Positions 1-10,171 of a DNA stretch of 64,000 bases are shown here, piece after piece. The notes under the pieces were generated by a model that was not told the origin of the DNA, searched no databases, and saw only the letters and a list, made by a program, of their open reading frames with translations. Location: the NCBI GenBank assembly GCA_963848635.1, contig CAWKEA010000002.1, positions 13,464 through 77,463 of the forward strand, given 5' to 3'. Each line of letters starts with the position of its first letter. The first letter of the stretch is position 1. A program made the translations under genes and the position numbers. Source of the stretch: an uncultured bacterium (GTDB taxonomy: Bacteria > Patescibacteriota > Minisyncoccia > Phycocordibacterales > PALSA-1337).

Positions 1-1029
1 TTCCCATTCTCTACCATCAAAATTTCCTTTTATACTTTTAATTTTACCGACAACTTTAAGTTTCTTGATAAATTTATAGTAACTATGCAATAAAGCCTCC
101 CAACCGATTAGTTTTAATTCGATCTCGTCTCCTTTTATCTCTATGGACTCCAAAATAGAGCTTAATGTATAAACCTTTTCTCCAACTTTAAATCTATAAG
201 CGGGGTCAAATTCAGGAATTTCTTTCTCAATAACATTAATAATTAAATGAAGGTTACTTTTTGCCTCATCCTTATCTTTCTTTGATTTCCATTGGGGTTT
301 AGTAATTTTAACAACTAACTCATTATGAACATAAGATATAAACTTACCAACCATATTCATACAGTTCTCTAAGTATTCATCAGAAACGTCTAACCCTTTT
401 TCCTTCGTTCCATATCTTGCTCTATACTGTTCATCAGTCTTTGCCAAAATCCTTACACCATCTTCTGCCATACCGAGTGAATGAATAAAAAGATGCCTCC
501 TGTCGTAAAATTCCTTTATGCTATGATAATTAATTCCGAAATTATTAAAATCAACATCAAAAACATTATTATAGTATTTTTCAGTCTCAGATAGCCCACC
601 ACTCGTTAGACTGCGTCTATCTCTGGCTAATAATTTATTGAAAAGCTCGTCTAATGAATCATATGAGAGTATCTCACCAACAGAAAATTCAATTTTTGAA
701 TCACGATTTTTAAATGGTTCAGAAGTATATATGAACACGTCGCGAATAGTATCAATAAAAAAAGCTTCGAGTGCAGAAATAATTCTTATGAAGATCAGCT
801 CCCTGAGATATTCTGACGAATATTTTGACAAGTAACCCCTGACTTCATCTGCAGTTTCTTTAAAAGCAAATCTCCTAAACATAAGTGGTTTATCACCGAT
901 AATTTTTTTCTGTTCAATTTGAAACCCAAGATAACTTTCTGTATTAGAAAAAGTAAAAGAACCAATCTTGTGTAATTTCCTCAGCTGTTCTAATTCTCTG
1001 TTGAACTGTTGGAATGAATTCAGTTCCAT
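1..1029 (-). CDS. AT-rich hypothetical protein with HEPN-like RxxxxH motif (3' end runs off window)
   Basis: My translation from ATG 1029 (MELNSFQQFNRELEQL...) stays open to base 1; it contains the helix LIFIRIISALEAFFID and the motif RHLFIH. Not in the ORF track because there is no stop in the window. Confidence 0.6.
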   Translation of the reverse strand, partial: MELNSFQQFNRELEQLRKLHKIGSFTFSNTESYLGFQIEQKKIIGDKPLMFRRFAFKETADEVRGYLSKYSSEYLRELIFIRIISALEAFFIDTIRDVFIYTSEPFKNRDSKIEFSVGEILSYDSLDELFNKLLARDRRSLTSGGLSETEKYYNNVFDVDFNNFGINYHSIKEFYDRRHLFIHSLGMAEDGVRILAKTDEQYRARYGTKEKGLDVSDEYLENCMNMVGKFISYVHNELVVKITKPQWKSKKDKDEAKSNLHLIINVIEKEIPEFDPAYRFKVGEKVYTLSSILESIEIKGDEIELKLIGWEALLHSYYKFIKKLKVVGKIKSIKGNFDGREWE

Positions 1030-1050
1030 GAATAATTTTTAATCATATTC

Positions 1051-3561
1051 TTACAAACAAATCATGCTCGCGAGCGAATCGCCTTCACGCAGCTTCATGA
1101 CGCGAACGCCTTGTGTGGCGCGAGACAATGTCGGAATCTCTTTCAAATCGGTGCGAATGACCTGCGAGGCCTTCGACATGACCACGATCTCGATGTCGTC
1201 GTCAGTGACGACTTTGGCGGCCATGAGAGAGCCGGTCTTTGGCGTGACGTTCATAGTCAGGATGCCGGAGCCGCCTCGATTCTGGACTTTGTATTCGGAA
1301 AGCTTTGTCTTCTTGCCATAGCCGTTCGCGCCGAGGACGAAAAGCGCCGGGTTCTTGGCGTCTTTCGAGACGACATCGGCGGAGATGACGTGGTCGGCGG
1401 CGATCTTTTTCTTTGCATCTTCTTCGGCAAGCTTGATCACGCGGACGCCGGCGGCGCTACGGCCCATCTCGCGCACATCTGATTCCTTGAAATGGATCGA
1501 CTGTCCTTCCTGCGTTGCGATGACGATATCATCGTTCTTTGATACGAAATTGACCGAAATGAGCTCATCACCGGCGTCCAATGTGATAGCGATCAAACCC
1601 GAACGTCGAACGTCTTTGAAATTTGAGGCGGACGTCTTCTTGCCCGTGCCGTTCTTGGTCACCATGATGAGCGACAGACCATCGGCCGCTTTCTTGTCCT
1701 TTGGCATAGGTAGGATAGAAGTGACCTTTTCGCCGTCAGAGAGCGACAGGAAGTTCATGATCGACTTGCCTTTTGTGGCGCGCTTGCCTTCAGGAATATC
1801 ATACATCTTGATCTGATATGCCTTACCCATATCAGTAAAGAAAAGCAGATCGTTGTGCGTCGTGCCGGTGACGAGGTGCGTGATGAAATCCTCCTCTTTT
1901 GTGTCGAGGTCGACGACGCCGACGCCGCCGCGCTTTTGCTTGCGATATTCGTCAGGATTCGTCCTCTTTATATAGCCGCCTTTTGTCAGAACGAGAACGG
2001 ACTCCTCGTCCGGTATGAGGTCCTCGGCGTTGAATGCTTTGACGCCGTGCTTGATTATCTTTGTCCTCCTCGGATTGTCGTATTTGGCCTTGATCTCGTT
2101 GAGCTCGTCCTTTATGATGCCGCGCACTTTTTTCTCACTGCTCAATATCTCCTTCAATTTGCCGATAATCTCCTGGATTTCCTTCAATTCATCCAAAATC
2201 TTCTTCCTCTCGAGACCAGCCAGCTTTTGCAAGCGCATGTCCAAAATCGCCTGCGCCTGGAGGTCGCTGAATTTGAACTTCTTCATGAGGCCTGCCTTTG
2301 CGTCGGCGACGTCACTCGATGCGCGGATGAGCGTGATGATCTCGTCGATATGGTCGAGAGCTTTTTTCAAGCCGAGCAAGATGTGCTCGCGCGCCTCGGC
2401 TGTGTCGAGGTCGAATTTCGTCCTGCGGCGGATGACTTCTATCCTGTGGACGATGAATTCTTCGAGGATCGTCTTGAGCGAAAGCGTCTGCGGCACGCCG
2501 TGAACGAGAGCGACGGTGTTTATATGGAAAGTATCCTCGAGCTGGGTGTGTTTGTACAAGAAATTCAAGACTTTTTCAGGATAGGCGCCCTGCTTGAGAT
2601 CGATGACGATGCGAAGGTCCTTGTCTGATTCGTCGCGCAAGCCGCGTATGCCGTCGATCGATTTGTCTCGCACAAGATCAGCGATCTTGACGATAAGATC
2701 GCTCTTGTTCACGCGAAATGGGATCGAGGTGATGATGATCTGAAACTGGCCTTTCTTGTCCTCGATTATCTCTGCCTCGCCGCGGACGACGATGCCGCCC
2801 CTGCCGGTCGAGTATGCATGCCTGATATCGTTTTCGCCATACATTATAGCGCCCGTCGGGAAATCGGGGCCTTTGATGAATTGCATAAGGTCGTCGGTCG
2901 TGGCGTCCTTGTTCTCGATCAGATGCGTCGTAGCATCGACGACTTCGCCCAGATTGTGCGGAGCGATGTTCGTGGCCATACCGACAGCGATGCCGAGCGT
3001 GCCGTTCAAGAGCAGGTTCGGGACAGCGGCCGGCAGTACTGTCGGCTCCTTGCGCGTGCCGTCATAGTTCGGACGAAAATCGACGGTGTTCTTCTCGATA
3101 TCGCGAAGAAGCTCTGACGAGATGCGCGACATCTTTGCCTCGGTGTAACGCATGGCTGCAGCTGGGTCGCCGTCGATGTTGCCAAAGTTTCCTTGGCCTT
3201 GGACAAGCGGAGAGCGCATGCGGAAATCCTGCGCCATGCCGACGAGCGTGTCGTACACGGCGACGTCGCCATGCGGGTGATAGTTTCCGAGCACGTCACC
3301 GACGACGACAGCCGACTTGCGGAATTTCGCGGTCGATGTCAGGCCTTTTTCGTGCATGGCGTAGAGGATGCGGCGGTGCACCGGTTTCAATCCGTCGCGC
3401 ACGTCCGGCAGAGCGCGAGCTGTGATGACCGACATGGCATAGTCGAGATACGACGTGCGCATCTCGGTCGTGATAGGAGCATCGATGAGGCCCAAGGCAG
3501 GGTCGCGCGGGACTTCGGCAGCAGCATCCGTATCTCTGTTTTTGTCGCTCTTTTTTGGCAT
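1051..3561 (-). CDS. gyrA: DNA gyrase subunit A
   Basis: [21 protein letters not shown], catalytic AAMRYTE, GyrA-box QKRGGVG, C-terminal beta-pinwheel repeats. Confidence 0.98.
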   Translation of the reverse strand: MPKKSDKNRDTDAAAEVPRDPALGLIDAPITTEMRTSYLDYAMSVITARALPDVRDGLKPVHRRILYAMHEKGLTSTAKFRKSAVVVGDVLGNYHPHGDVAVYDTLVGMAQDFRMRSPLVQGQGNFGNIDGDPAAAMRYTEAKMSRISSELLRDIEKNTVDFRPNYDGTRKEPTVLPAAVPNLLLNGTLGIAVGMATNIAPHNLGEVVDATTHLIENKDATTDDLMQFIKGPDFPTGAIMYGENDIRHAYSTGRGGIVVRGEAEIIEDKKGQFQIIITSIPFRVNKSDLIVKIADLVRDKSIDGIRGLRDESDKDLRIVIDLKQGAYPEKVLNFLYKHTQLEDTFHINTVALVHGVPQTLSLKTILEEFIVHRIEVIRRRTKFDLDTAEAREHILLGLKKALDHIDEIITLIRASSDVADAKAGLMKKFKFSDLQAQAILDMRLQKLAGLERKKILDELKEIQEIIGKLKEILSSEKKVRGIIKDELNEIKAKYDNPRRTKIIKHGVKAFNAEDLIPDEESVLVLTKGGYIKRTNPDEYRKQKRGGVGVVDLDTKEEDFITHLVTGTTHNDLLFFTDMGKAYQIKMYDIPEGKRATKGKSIMNFLSLSDGEKVTSILPMPKDKKAADGLSLIMVTKNGTGKKTSASNFKDVRRSGLIAITLDAGDELISVNFVSKNDDIVIATQEGQSIHFKESDVREMGRSAAGVRVIKLAEEDAKKKIAADHVISADVVSKDAKNPALFVLGANGYGKKTKLSEYKVQNRGGSGILTMNVTPKTGSLMAAKVVTDDDIEIVVMSKASQVIRTDLKEIPTLSRATQGVRVMKLREGDSLASMICL

Positions 3562-3705
3562 AAAAACGAAAAAGCACGAAGCTTTTAAGTACGTGTATTA
3601 TACCAAAAAGAACAGAAAAAGCGAGAGACGCGGAAACCGTATGTCAAGATGACATCTCGATCACTCGTGCTTTCAAAAACCTCCATTTCGAGCTACAATA
3701 TCCGC

Positions 3706-4992
3706 ATGTCAGAAAAGCCAGAAAAATCAAATAAGCTCTCGACAGAACCATACAAAGGCGTGCGCGACTTTTATCCTGCCGACATGGCCGTGCAGAAATA
3801 TATCTTTGAAAAGTGGAAGAAGACCGCGGAGAGCTTCGGCTATGAGGAATACGGCGCCTCCGTGCTCGAGCCGGCGGACATGTATCGGGCAAAATCAGGC
3901 GAAGAGATCGTCAACGAGCAGACATACACTTTCACTGATCGCGGCGAGCGCGAGGTCACGTTGCGGCCGGAGATGACGCCGACGGTCGCTCGCATGGTCT
4001 CGGCCAGGAAACGCGAGCTTGTCTTCCCCTTGCGCTGGTATTCGATACCGAATCTTTTCCGCTACGAACAGCCCCAGCGCGGCCGCGTGCGAGAGCATTG
4101 GCAACTGAACGTCGACCTCTTTGGCGTGGACTCGATCGAGGCGGACATCGAGGTCATTTCCCTTGCCTACCAAGTGATGAGGAATTTCGGCGCAAAGGAC
4201 AGCGATTTTGAGATACGGGTGAATGATCGTGGATTAATGAACTCAATTGTTCAAGAAATATTGGAAATCAACGATAAAGTGATAATAACAAAACTCTTTA
4301 AAATAATCGATCGAAAAGAAAAAATGCCTCAGCGAGATTTCGAAATTGCGACTGGACTTTTAATTGATGAAAAATCAATCCTCTTAACGAAATTATTGAA
4401 TTGCAAAAATATTGAAGAATTAACCACTATTATTTCTCAGAATAATAAGAAGGTTAGTAACGTAGTAGAAATAGCAAGTTTTATCGAACAACTTAAAGGG
4501 TTGGGAATCAAGAATATTCGCTTTGATCAAAGTCTCATGCGCGGTTTCGACTATTACACCGGCATGGTCTTCGAGATCTACGACACGAGCCCCGAGAACA
4601 AGCGCGCGCTCTTTGGCGGCGGCCGATATGACGATCTGGCCTCCCTTTTCGGCGGCGACAAGATCCCTGCGGTCGGCTTTGGCATGGGCGACGTGACGAT
4701 CAGAGACTTTCTCGAGACCCACAGTCTCCTCCCAAGCACAAAAGGCCCGGCTGATTATTACATCTGCGTCATGAGCGAGGCAGAAGCGGCTTTTGCCGAA
4801 AAGAAAGCAAAAGAGCTCCGCGACAAAGGCTCCCGCGTCGCCGTCGACTTTACCTATAAAAAGATCGGTGAGCAGATAAAATCCGCCGATAAGCGAGGCA
4901 TACCGAGCGTCATCGTCATCGGTCCCGAAGAAGCAAAGAGCGGCAAAGCAAAGGTAAAAGATTTGAAGACAGGAGAAGAAAAAGAATTGTAA
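3706..4992 (+). CDS. hisS: histidine--tRNA ligase
   Basis: LRPEMT, FRYEQPQRGR, RGFDYYTG, GGGRYDDL; ATG 3706 lies 6 nt after TACAAT. Confidence 0.97.
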   Translation: MSEKPEKSNKLSTEPYKGVRDFYPADMAVQKYIFEKWKKTAESFGYEEYGASVLEPADMYRAKSGEEIVNEQTYTFTDRGEREVTLRPEMTPTVARMVSARKRELVFPLRWYSIPNLFRYEQPQRGRVREHWQLNVDLFGVDSIEADIEVISLAYQVMRNFGAKDSDFEIRVNDRGLMNSIVQEILEINDKVIITKLFKIIDRKEKMPQRDFEIATGLLIDEKSILLTKLLNCKNIEELTTIISQNNKKVSNVVEIASFIEQLKGLGIKNIRFDQSLMRGFDYYTGMVFEIYDTSPENKRALFGGGRYDDLASLFGGDKIPAVGFGMGDVTIRDFLETHSLLPSTKGPADYYICVMSEAEAAFAEKKAKELRDKGSRVAVDFTYKKIGEQIKSADKRGIPSVIVIGPEEAKSGKAKVKDLKTGEEKEL

Positions 4993-5043
4993 GAACGGAC
5001 TTTACAAGCTTTACGGACTTTTTAACTTTATAAACTCACTTTC

Positions 5044-5619
5044 ATGCGCGTCATCACCTTTGATATAGAGACAAAGAACTTATTTCAGGATGTCGGCTCC
5101 TCAGATCCGGCGGCTTTGGATGTGTCCGTCGTCGGCGTGCACGATTCCGAGTCGGGCGAATACACCGGCTTTCTTGAAAAAGATTTTTTAAAGATGTGGC
5201 CATTGTTCGAAGCGGCTGATGCCATCGTCAGCTTCAACGGAGACCATTTCGACATTCCAATCTTGAACAAGTATTACCACGGCAACCTGTCGAACATTAA
5301 AAGCATCGATCTCATGCTCGAGGTGCAGAAAGTCCTCGGACGAAGGATCAAGCTCGATACTCTGGCCGAAGCGACGCTCGGCAAGAAAAAGTCGGGAAAC
5401 GGCCTCGAAGCGGTGACATGGTGGAGAAACGGAGAAGTCGAAAAAGTGATGAAGTACTGCCTCGATGACGTGCGCGTGACCCGCGAGCTCTATGAATATA
5501 TGCGAGACAACGGATCGGTCAAATATCGCGAACAGGGCATCATAAAAGAATTAAAGATAGACACCGCCGGATGGGACAAAGCGCCGCAAGCGGCCATGAA
5601 TTTTTCATTGCCGTTCTGA
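5044..5619 (+). CDS. RNase H-like (DEDD/YprB-type) 3'-5' exonuclease domain protein
   Basis: FDIET, FNGDHFDIP and YCLDDV exonuclease motifs. Confidence 0.85.
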   Translation: MRVITFDIETKNLFQDVGSSDPAALDVSVVGVHDSESGEYTGFLEKDFLKMWPLFEAADAIVSFNGDHFDIPILNKYYHGNLSNIKSIDLMLEVQKVLGRRIKLDTLAEATLGKKKSGNGLEAVTWWRNGEVEKVMKYCLDDVRVTRELYEYMRDNGSVKYREQGIIKELKIDTAGWDKAPQAAMNFSLPF

Positions 5620-5715
5620 TGCAGGAATGGGAGGCATCGAAACCAGTCTGAGCGCCCATATCGCGCTTTTACATTATGATATACTTAATTTACAGCAAAT
5701 TAATCATATATAATC

Positions 5716-6519
5716 ATGGAACCAAACCAAGAGACTAGACCCCAGCAGATACTTACGATACCGATGGCGATCGTTTTGGCTGCCGTCATCATAGCCGGAG
5801 TTCTGCTGTATATGTATCGTCCGACTGCTTCTATCCAGCCAGCGGCAAATAGCCAAACTGCACCATCAGCAACAGTTCCCGACACCAGCTCTCTGCCGCC
5901 CGTCACTGCGAGCGACCACATCCTCGGCAACCCAAACGCTCCGATAAAGATCGTCGAGTATTCCGATCCGTCATGCCCATATTGCAAGATGTTCCAGACG
6001 ACCATGCTTGAGATCATGCAAAAATACGGCGCTTCCGGACAGGTTGCTTGGATATATCGCGATTTTCCTCTCGACAAACCCGATCAGAACGGCAGTGTGC
6101 TCCATCCGAATGCAGGCACGCAGTCAAACGCTTTCGAATGCGCAGCCTCCGTCGGTGGCGATGCTGGTTTCTGGTCCTATGAAAAAGACTGGTTCACTAC
6201 GTTTCCTTCCGACGGCGCGGACGAATCGTCGAGCGTCGACAATCAACAGATAACGCAAACAGCCATCGATACCGGCCTCGATACGACAGCGTTCAAGGAT
6301 TGCGTCGCGAGCGGCAAGCTCTCTAAAGCAGTCGATAGCGAATATGCCGCCGGTCTTGCCCTCGGCATCGAAGGCACGCCGACCAGCTATCTCGTAACAT
6401 CAACGAGCCAGCCGATCGCCATTCAGGGAGCACAATCATATGCGGCGCTTTCGGCGGCTATCGATGCGATCCTTGCGAACAACGAACAAGGCGCCGCTTC
6501 TACGACATCGGCGCAATAG
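5716..6519 (+). CDS. membrane-anchored DsbA-family thioredoxin
   Basis: N-terminal TM helix, EYSDPSCPYC, GTPT cis-Pro loop. Confidence 0.9.
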   Translation: MEPNQETRPQQILTIPMAIVLAAVIIAGVLLYMYRPTASIQPAANSQTAPSATVPDTSSLPPVTASDHILGNPNAPIKIVEYSDPSCPYCKMFQTTMLEIMQKYGASGQVAWIYRDFPLDKPDQNGSVLHPNAGTQSNAFECAASVGGDAGFWSYEKDWFTTFPSDGADESSSVDNQQITQTAIDTGLDTTAFKDCVASGKLSKAVDSEYAAGLALGIEGTPTSYLVTSTSQPIAIQGAQSYAALSAAIDAILANNEQGAASTTSAQ

Positions 6520-6925
6520 TTACGAGTGTGCGATAGTTACGACTGTATTATATTTACTGGTCACTACGTAACTGATTACCAAATATTAGCCCATTGTTGA
6601 GCCACAGTTTCCGCTAAGTGGATCTGCAGGCACCAACAACGCATGTATTGTTCAAGAAATAAAAGTTAAAAAATAGAAAAAATGCCACGGTAATTGGGTA
6701 GTATGCCTCTTATTTTCCATTTTCGAGTAATTGCAAATCATTCGCAATTAAGCTTGATTTAATGGCTTACTTTCGTTATTCAATTGCAAACCATTCGCAA
6801 TTAGACGTCTGTATAAAAAGATCGGACAAGGAGAGATCGCCTCCGGCCGCGTTTTTATTTTTTCAGTTTTTCTTTTTTCAGTTCCTTCTTTTGTCTTTTC
6901 ATGTTTAATCATTCCTCCCCCCCTA

Positions 6926-9900
6926 TCAAAGACTGGCTCTTGTCAATCCGCACCATTCGCAGTCAGGGTCATCGCATCTGCTTTTAACAAGCTCGCCTGA
7001 CCAGACGCTATCGATGAGGCTTTGGATCTGCCGCTGTACGTCTGCTATGTCGTCAAGGCTTATCGGCAAAGAAACGATCGGGCAACGGCCTTTTTTGTCT
7101 GGCGAGAGGAAAACAAGCGCAGGTGTCACCTTCTTGCCCTTCCAACGCGGCTCATCGGCGAGCAAGATGCGATAAAAGACAAGCTGACGAAAATAATCGC
7201 CGTTTGAATTCTTGGTCTTGCCTTGTATCTCATTCATCGACATCCCTTCGCGGGTCTTATAGTCGAATACATAGAGCTCGGCGCCCGTGTCGACGATGGC
7301 ATCGAGCTTGCCGTGGAGAGGGATCGATATTTTTCCGCTGTCAGAGATAGCATCTCGATCTGTACGAGATGACATCTCGTACACGGTCTTGGCCCAACGT
7401 TCGGTGAATACCGTGGCCTGCGCAGGAACAGCGAAATGCGGCTCAAGCGCCTTTGCCACAGCTGGTGCATCATCAAACAGCTCTTTCTTGACCGATTCCT
7501 TCTCCAAAGCGGCGAGAAAAGAAGTATCCAGGTATTCGGCTGTTTTTTCCAAGATAGCATCTCGGATATGATCAGCTGTGCGATCCGCTTCTTTCCATAT
7601 CGAGGAGATAGCATAATGCATCGCGGTGCCTTTTTCCGCCGCAGGCGAAGGCGCTTGCGGCAATTTCAAGATGCTCAAGAATAAGAATTTATTCGGGCAC
7701 TCGAGAAAATGGTTCAGAGCAGTGACGGAAAGGCCATTTTCAAGAAGGACATGCTTGGCGATAGCTGTCATCGCAAGATGGGCAGAGGTGCTCCCTTGGA
7801 TTTGTACAAGGTCCGACCTTGTACTCGGCAATTCCGCTTCGACTCGCGGAACAAGGGTTGTCGCGACGCTTTTGGGGTCAAGCTCGGCTATGAATCGGAG
7901 CGGCGTCAGGGATTTGCCGTCGCCTTCTTCGAGAGCGGTCAAAATGACGGCGTGCTTCTTGGCTCTGGTCAAAGCGACATAGAAAAGCCTGCGCGTATCA
8001 CGGATATCATTGCCGCTCGTGCTCTTTTCCGGCAGAACGAAAGAAGCCCCGCGAGCCTTTCCTATCCATGCTTCTTCTGTGGCGTACGGGATAAAGACAT
8101 AGTCGAATTCAAGGCCTTTCGAGCCATGGGCTGTCATGGCGGAGATAGGCAGATCAGGAGCGCCGACGGACACTTTGACCGTCTTCGACTCAGCCGATCG
8201 GCGATAATCGAGCATGGCTTTCATCAGTTCAAGAGGGCTTTGGACATTCCCTTCCCGTGCCAGCGATTCGGCCAACGTCATGACGCCCCGCCAGACATGG
8301 ATGGCCGCGGGAACACGGCTGGCGATAGAGGAGAACCCGGAGATCTCTGCGGCATGCACAAGGAAAGCGACGGCGCCGTCTTCTTGCATCTTTTTTTGCA
8401 AGTGAACGAGAGCCGGAATCTTTTGTTCCAAGGCAATTCCATGACTGGATTCCGGCACAGAGATCCGGCTTTGCAACTGTCCGCTTCTCAGAGATCTGAT
8501 CAAGAGGATCGACTCGCTGATCGGGATATTCCACATACCGATCGCTATGGTCTTGGCCAAGCTGTCTGTTCGTGCGGGATCAGAGAGGAATTCGATCAGG
8601 TCAAAGAAGACTGCCCCTATTGGATGATGGAATATGTCGACGCTCCTCTCCGAAGACACGGGAATATGGTTTGATTCGAGGAGACGTATGACGCGCTCAA
8701 GATCGCGATTGCGCCGCGTGATGATGGCGATAGTGGCCGTTGGCTCATCTCTCGATATCGTTTGAAGCTCTTGGACAAGGTATTTTTCGATCGCTGAGAC
8801 ATTTTCGCCGGTGATGATGTCGAGCAGTCGAGGCGTTTCTTCATCTTCATTTTTTTGATGCGAGCCTTCAATAAACCGTTCCGCATTCCTTTTTTTATTT
8901 TTAGATGCATCTACGCTTTTTCTCGCCGCCGTAAGCTTTACGCGCAGATTTTTATGATCGTCGCCTTCATAATTGTTCTCTATCATGGCAAAAGACGCGT
9001 CCAAGATGCCTTGGTGCGAGCGATAGTTCGAATCGAGAGAGATGACTTGCATAGCCGGCCAGCGTTTCTGCAAGGTCAGAAAATTCTCGACGGAAGCCCC
9101 TTGGAATCGATAAATGGCTTGCTTCTCATCGCCGACGATGAACAGATTCGGCGTCTCAAAGAATTCGGCGATGACAGCGACGATGAAATTCTGGGCATCG
9201 TTCGTGTCCTGATGCTCGTCGACAAGCAGGTATAGGAACCGTTCCTGAACGAGCCTGAGAAAAAGCTCGTCATTGCGCAGAGCGACCAGGATCTCGATGA
9301 TGAGGTCATTATAGTCCATCTTCATGTTTTCTCGCTTATCTTTCTCGTATCTTTCATAGACTCGCGAAAAAATCTCGGTTCGCTCGCATTTTTCTATGCG
9401 TTCTTGCGCTTCCGCTTTCAACATGCCTTTTGTCGCGCCGCGGGTCGATATCGAACTCTCGTCATTCTGGATTCGTTCGATTTCTTTTTCGGCGAACTCG
9501 CGCACCATCTCTGGCGTTAAGGCATCCCTCTTCGCATCGTCGATGGCGCGCATGATGGCTGAGATATAGGCGTCAGGCTTGCCCGTCGGCCGGAGATCGC
9601 GGAACGCGGGCTCGGCGAGAATCGACCGTATGAGCGATTCTTGTTCGACATCGCCCATATGAGAAAGCCCCTCGAGATGAAGGAAATGATCCGGATATTC
9701 CGCGATCATCGCCGCGGCAAAGCTATGGAATGTATGCAAAGCTATCTCGTGCGCACGGTTGCCGATTATGCCTTGCAATTTTGAGCGCATCGCCTTGACG
9801 CCCGCATCGGTATACGTGATAGCCAAAATGCCCGATGGCGGCGTGTCCGTGCGTTTCAATATATTAGCTATGCGCAAGGTGAGTATCGTCGTCTTGCCCG

Positions 9901-10006
9901 TGCCCGGACCGGCGATGACCATGACCGGCCCGTCAATGGCATCGACCGCTCTTTTCTGGGCAGGATTGAGAGATCCGTATTTTTCTTCAAAAGCTTCGGA
10001 ATTCAT
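6926..10006 (-). CDS. UvrD/Rep-family helicase fused to C-terminal PD-(D/E)XK nuclease (AddA/Adn-like)
   Basis: AGPGTGKT, VDEHQD, VGDEKQAIYRFQGA, TAHGSKGLEF, YVALTRAK; C-terminal GKLDAI...DYKT and Cys residues (ECP...CDDPDCEWC). Confidence 0.93.
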   Translation of the reverse strand: MNSEAFEEKYGSLNPAQKRAVDAIDGPVMVIAGPGTGKTTILTLRIANILKRTDTPPSGILAITYTDAGVKAMRSKLQGIIGNRAHEIALHTFHSFAAAMIAEYPDHFLHLEGLSHMGDVEQESLIRSILAEPAFRDLRPTGKPDAYISAIMRAIDDAKRDALTPEMVREFAEKEIERIQNDESSISTRGATKGMLKAEAQERIEKCERTEIFSRVYERYEKDKRENMKMDYNDLIIEILVALRNDELFLRLVQERFLYLLVDEHQDTNDAQNFIVAVIAEFFETPNLFIVGDEKQAIYRFQGASVENFLTLQKRWPAMQVISLDSNYRSHQGILDASFAMIENNYEGDDHKNLRVKLTAARKSVDASKNKKRNAERFIEGSHQKNEDEETPRLLDIITGENVSAIEKYLVQELQTISRDEPTATIAIITRRNRDLERVIRLLESNHIPVSSERSVDIFHHPIGAVFFDLIEFLSDPARTDSLAKTIAIGMWNIPISESILLIRSLRSGQLQSRISVPESSHGIALEQKIPALVHLQKKMQEDGAVAFLVHAAEISGFSSIASRVPAAIHVWRGVMTLAESLAREGNVQSPLELMKAMLDYRRSAESKTVKVSVGAPDLPISAMTAHGSKGLEFDYVFIPYATEEAWIGKARGASFVLPEKSTSGNDIRDTRRLFYVALTRAKKHAVILTALEEGDGKSLTPLRFIAELDPKSVATTLVPRVEAELPSTRSDLVQIQGSTSAHLAMTAIAKHVLLENGLSVTALNHFLECPNKFLFLSILKLPQAPSPAAEKGTAMHYAISSIWKEADRTADHIRDAILEKTAEYLDTSFLAALEKESVKKELFDDAPAVAKALEPHFAVPAQATVFTERWAKTVYEMSSRTDRDAISDSGKISIPLHGKLDAIVDTGAELYVFDYKTREGMSMNEIQGKTKNSNGDYFRQLVFYRILLADEPRWKGKKVTPALVFLSPDKKGRCPIVSLPISLDDIADVQRQIQSLIDSVWSGELVKSRCDDPDCEWCGLTRASL

Positions 10007-10171
10007 GGGATGTACTAGTATCATATCAGAATAATCGCGTGCGATGAGATTCCTCTGATCTTCTGTAATAAACTACCTCACAGCAAGCTGTAGTAGCCGG
10101 AATAAAAAAGACCGCATATTGCTATGCAGTCTTGTGAGAAACGCTATCTGGCCGAAACATACCGATGGCCA

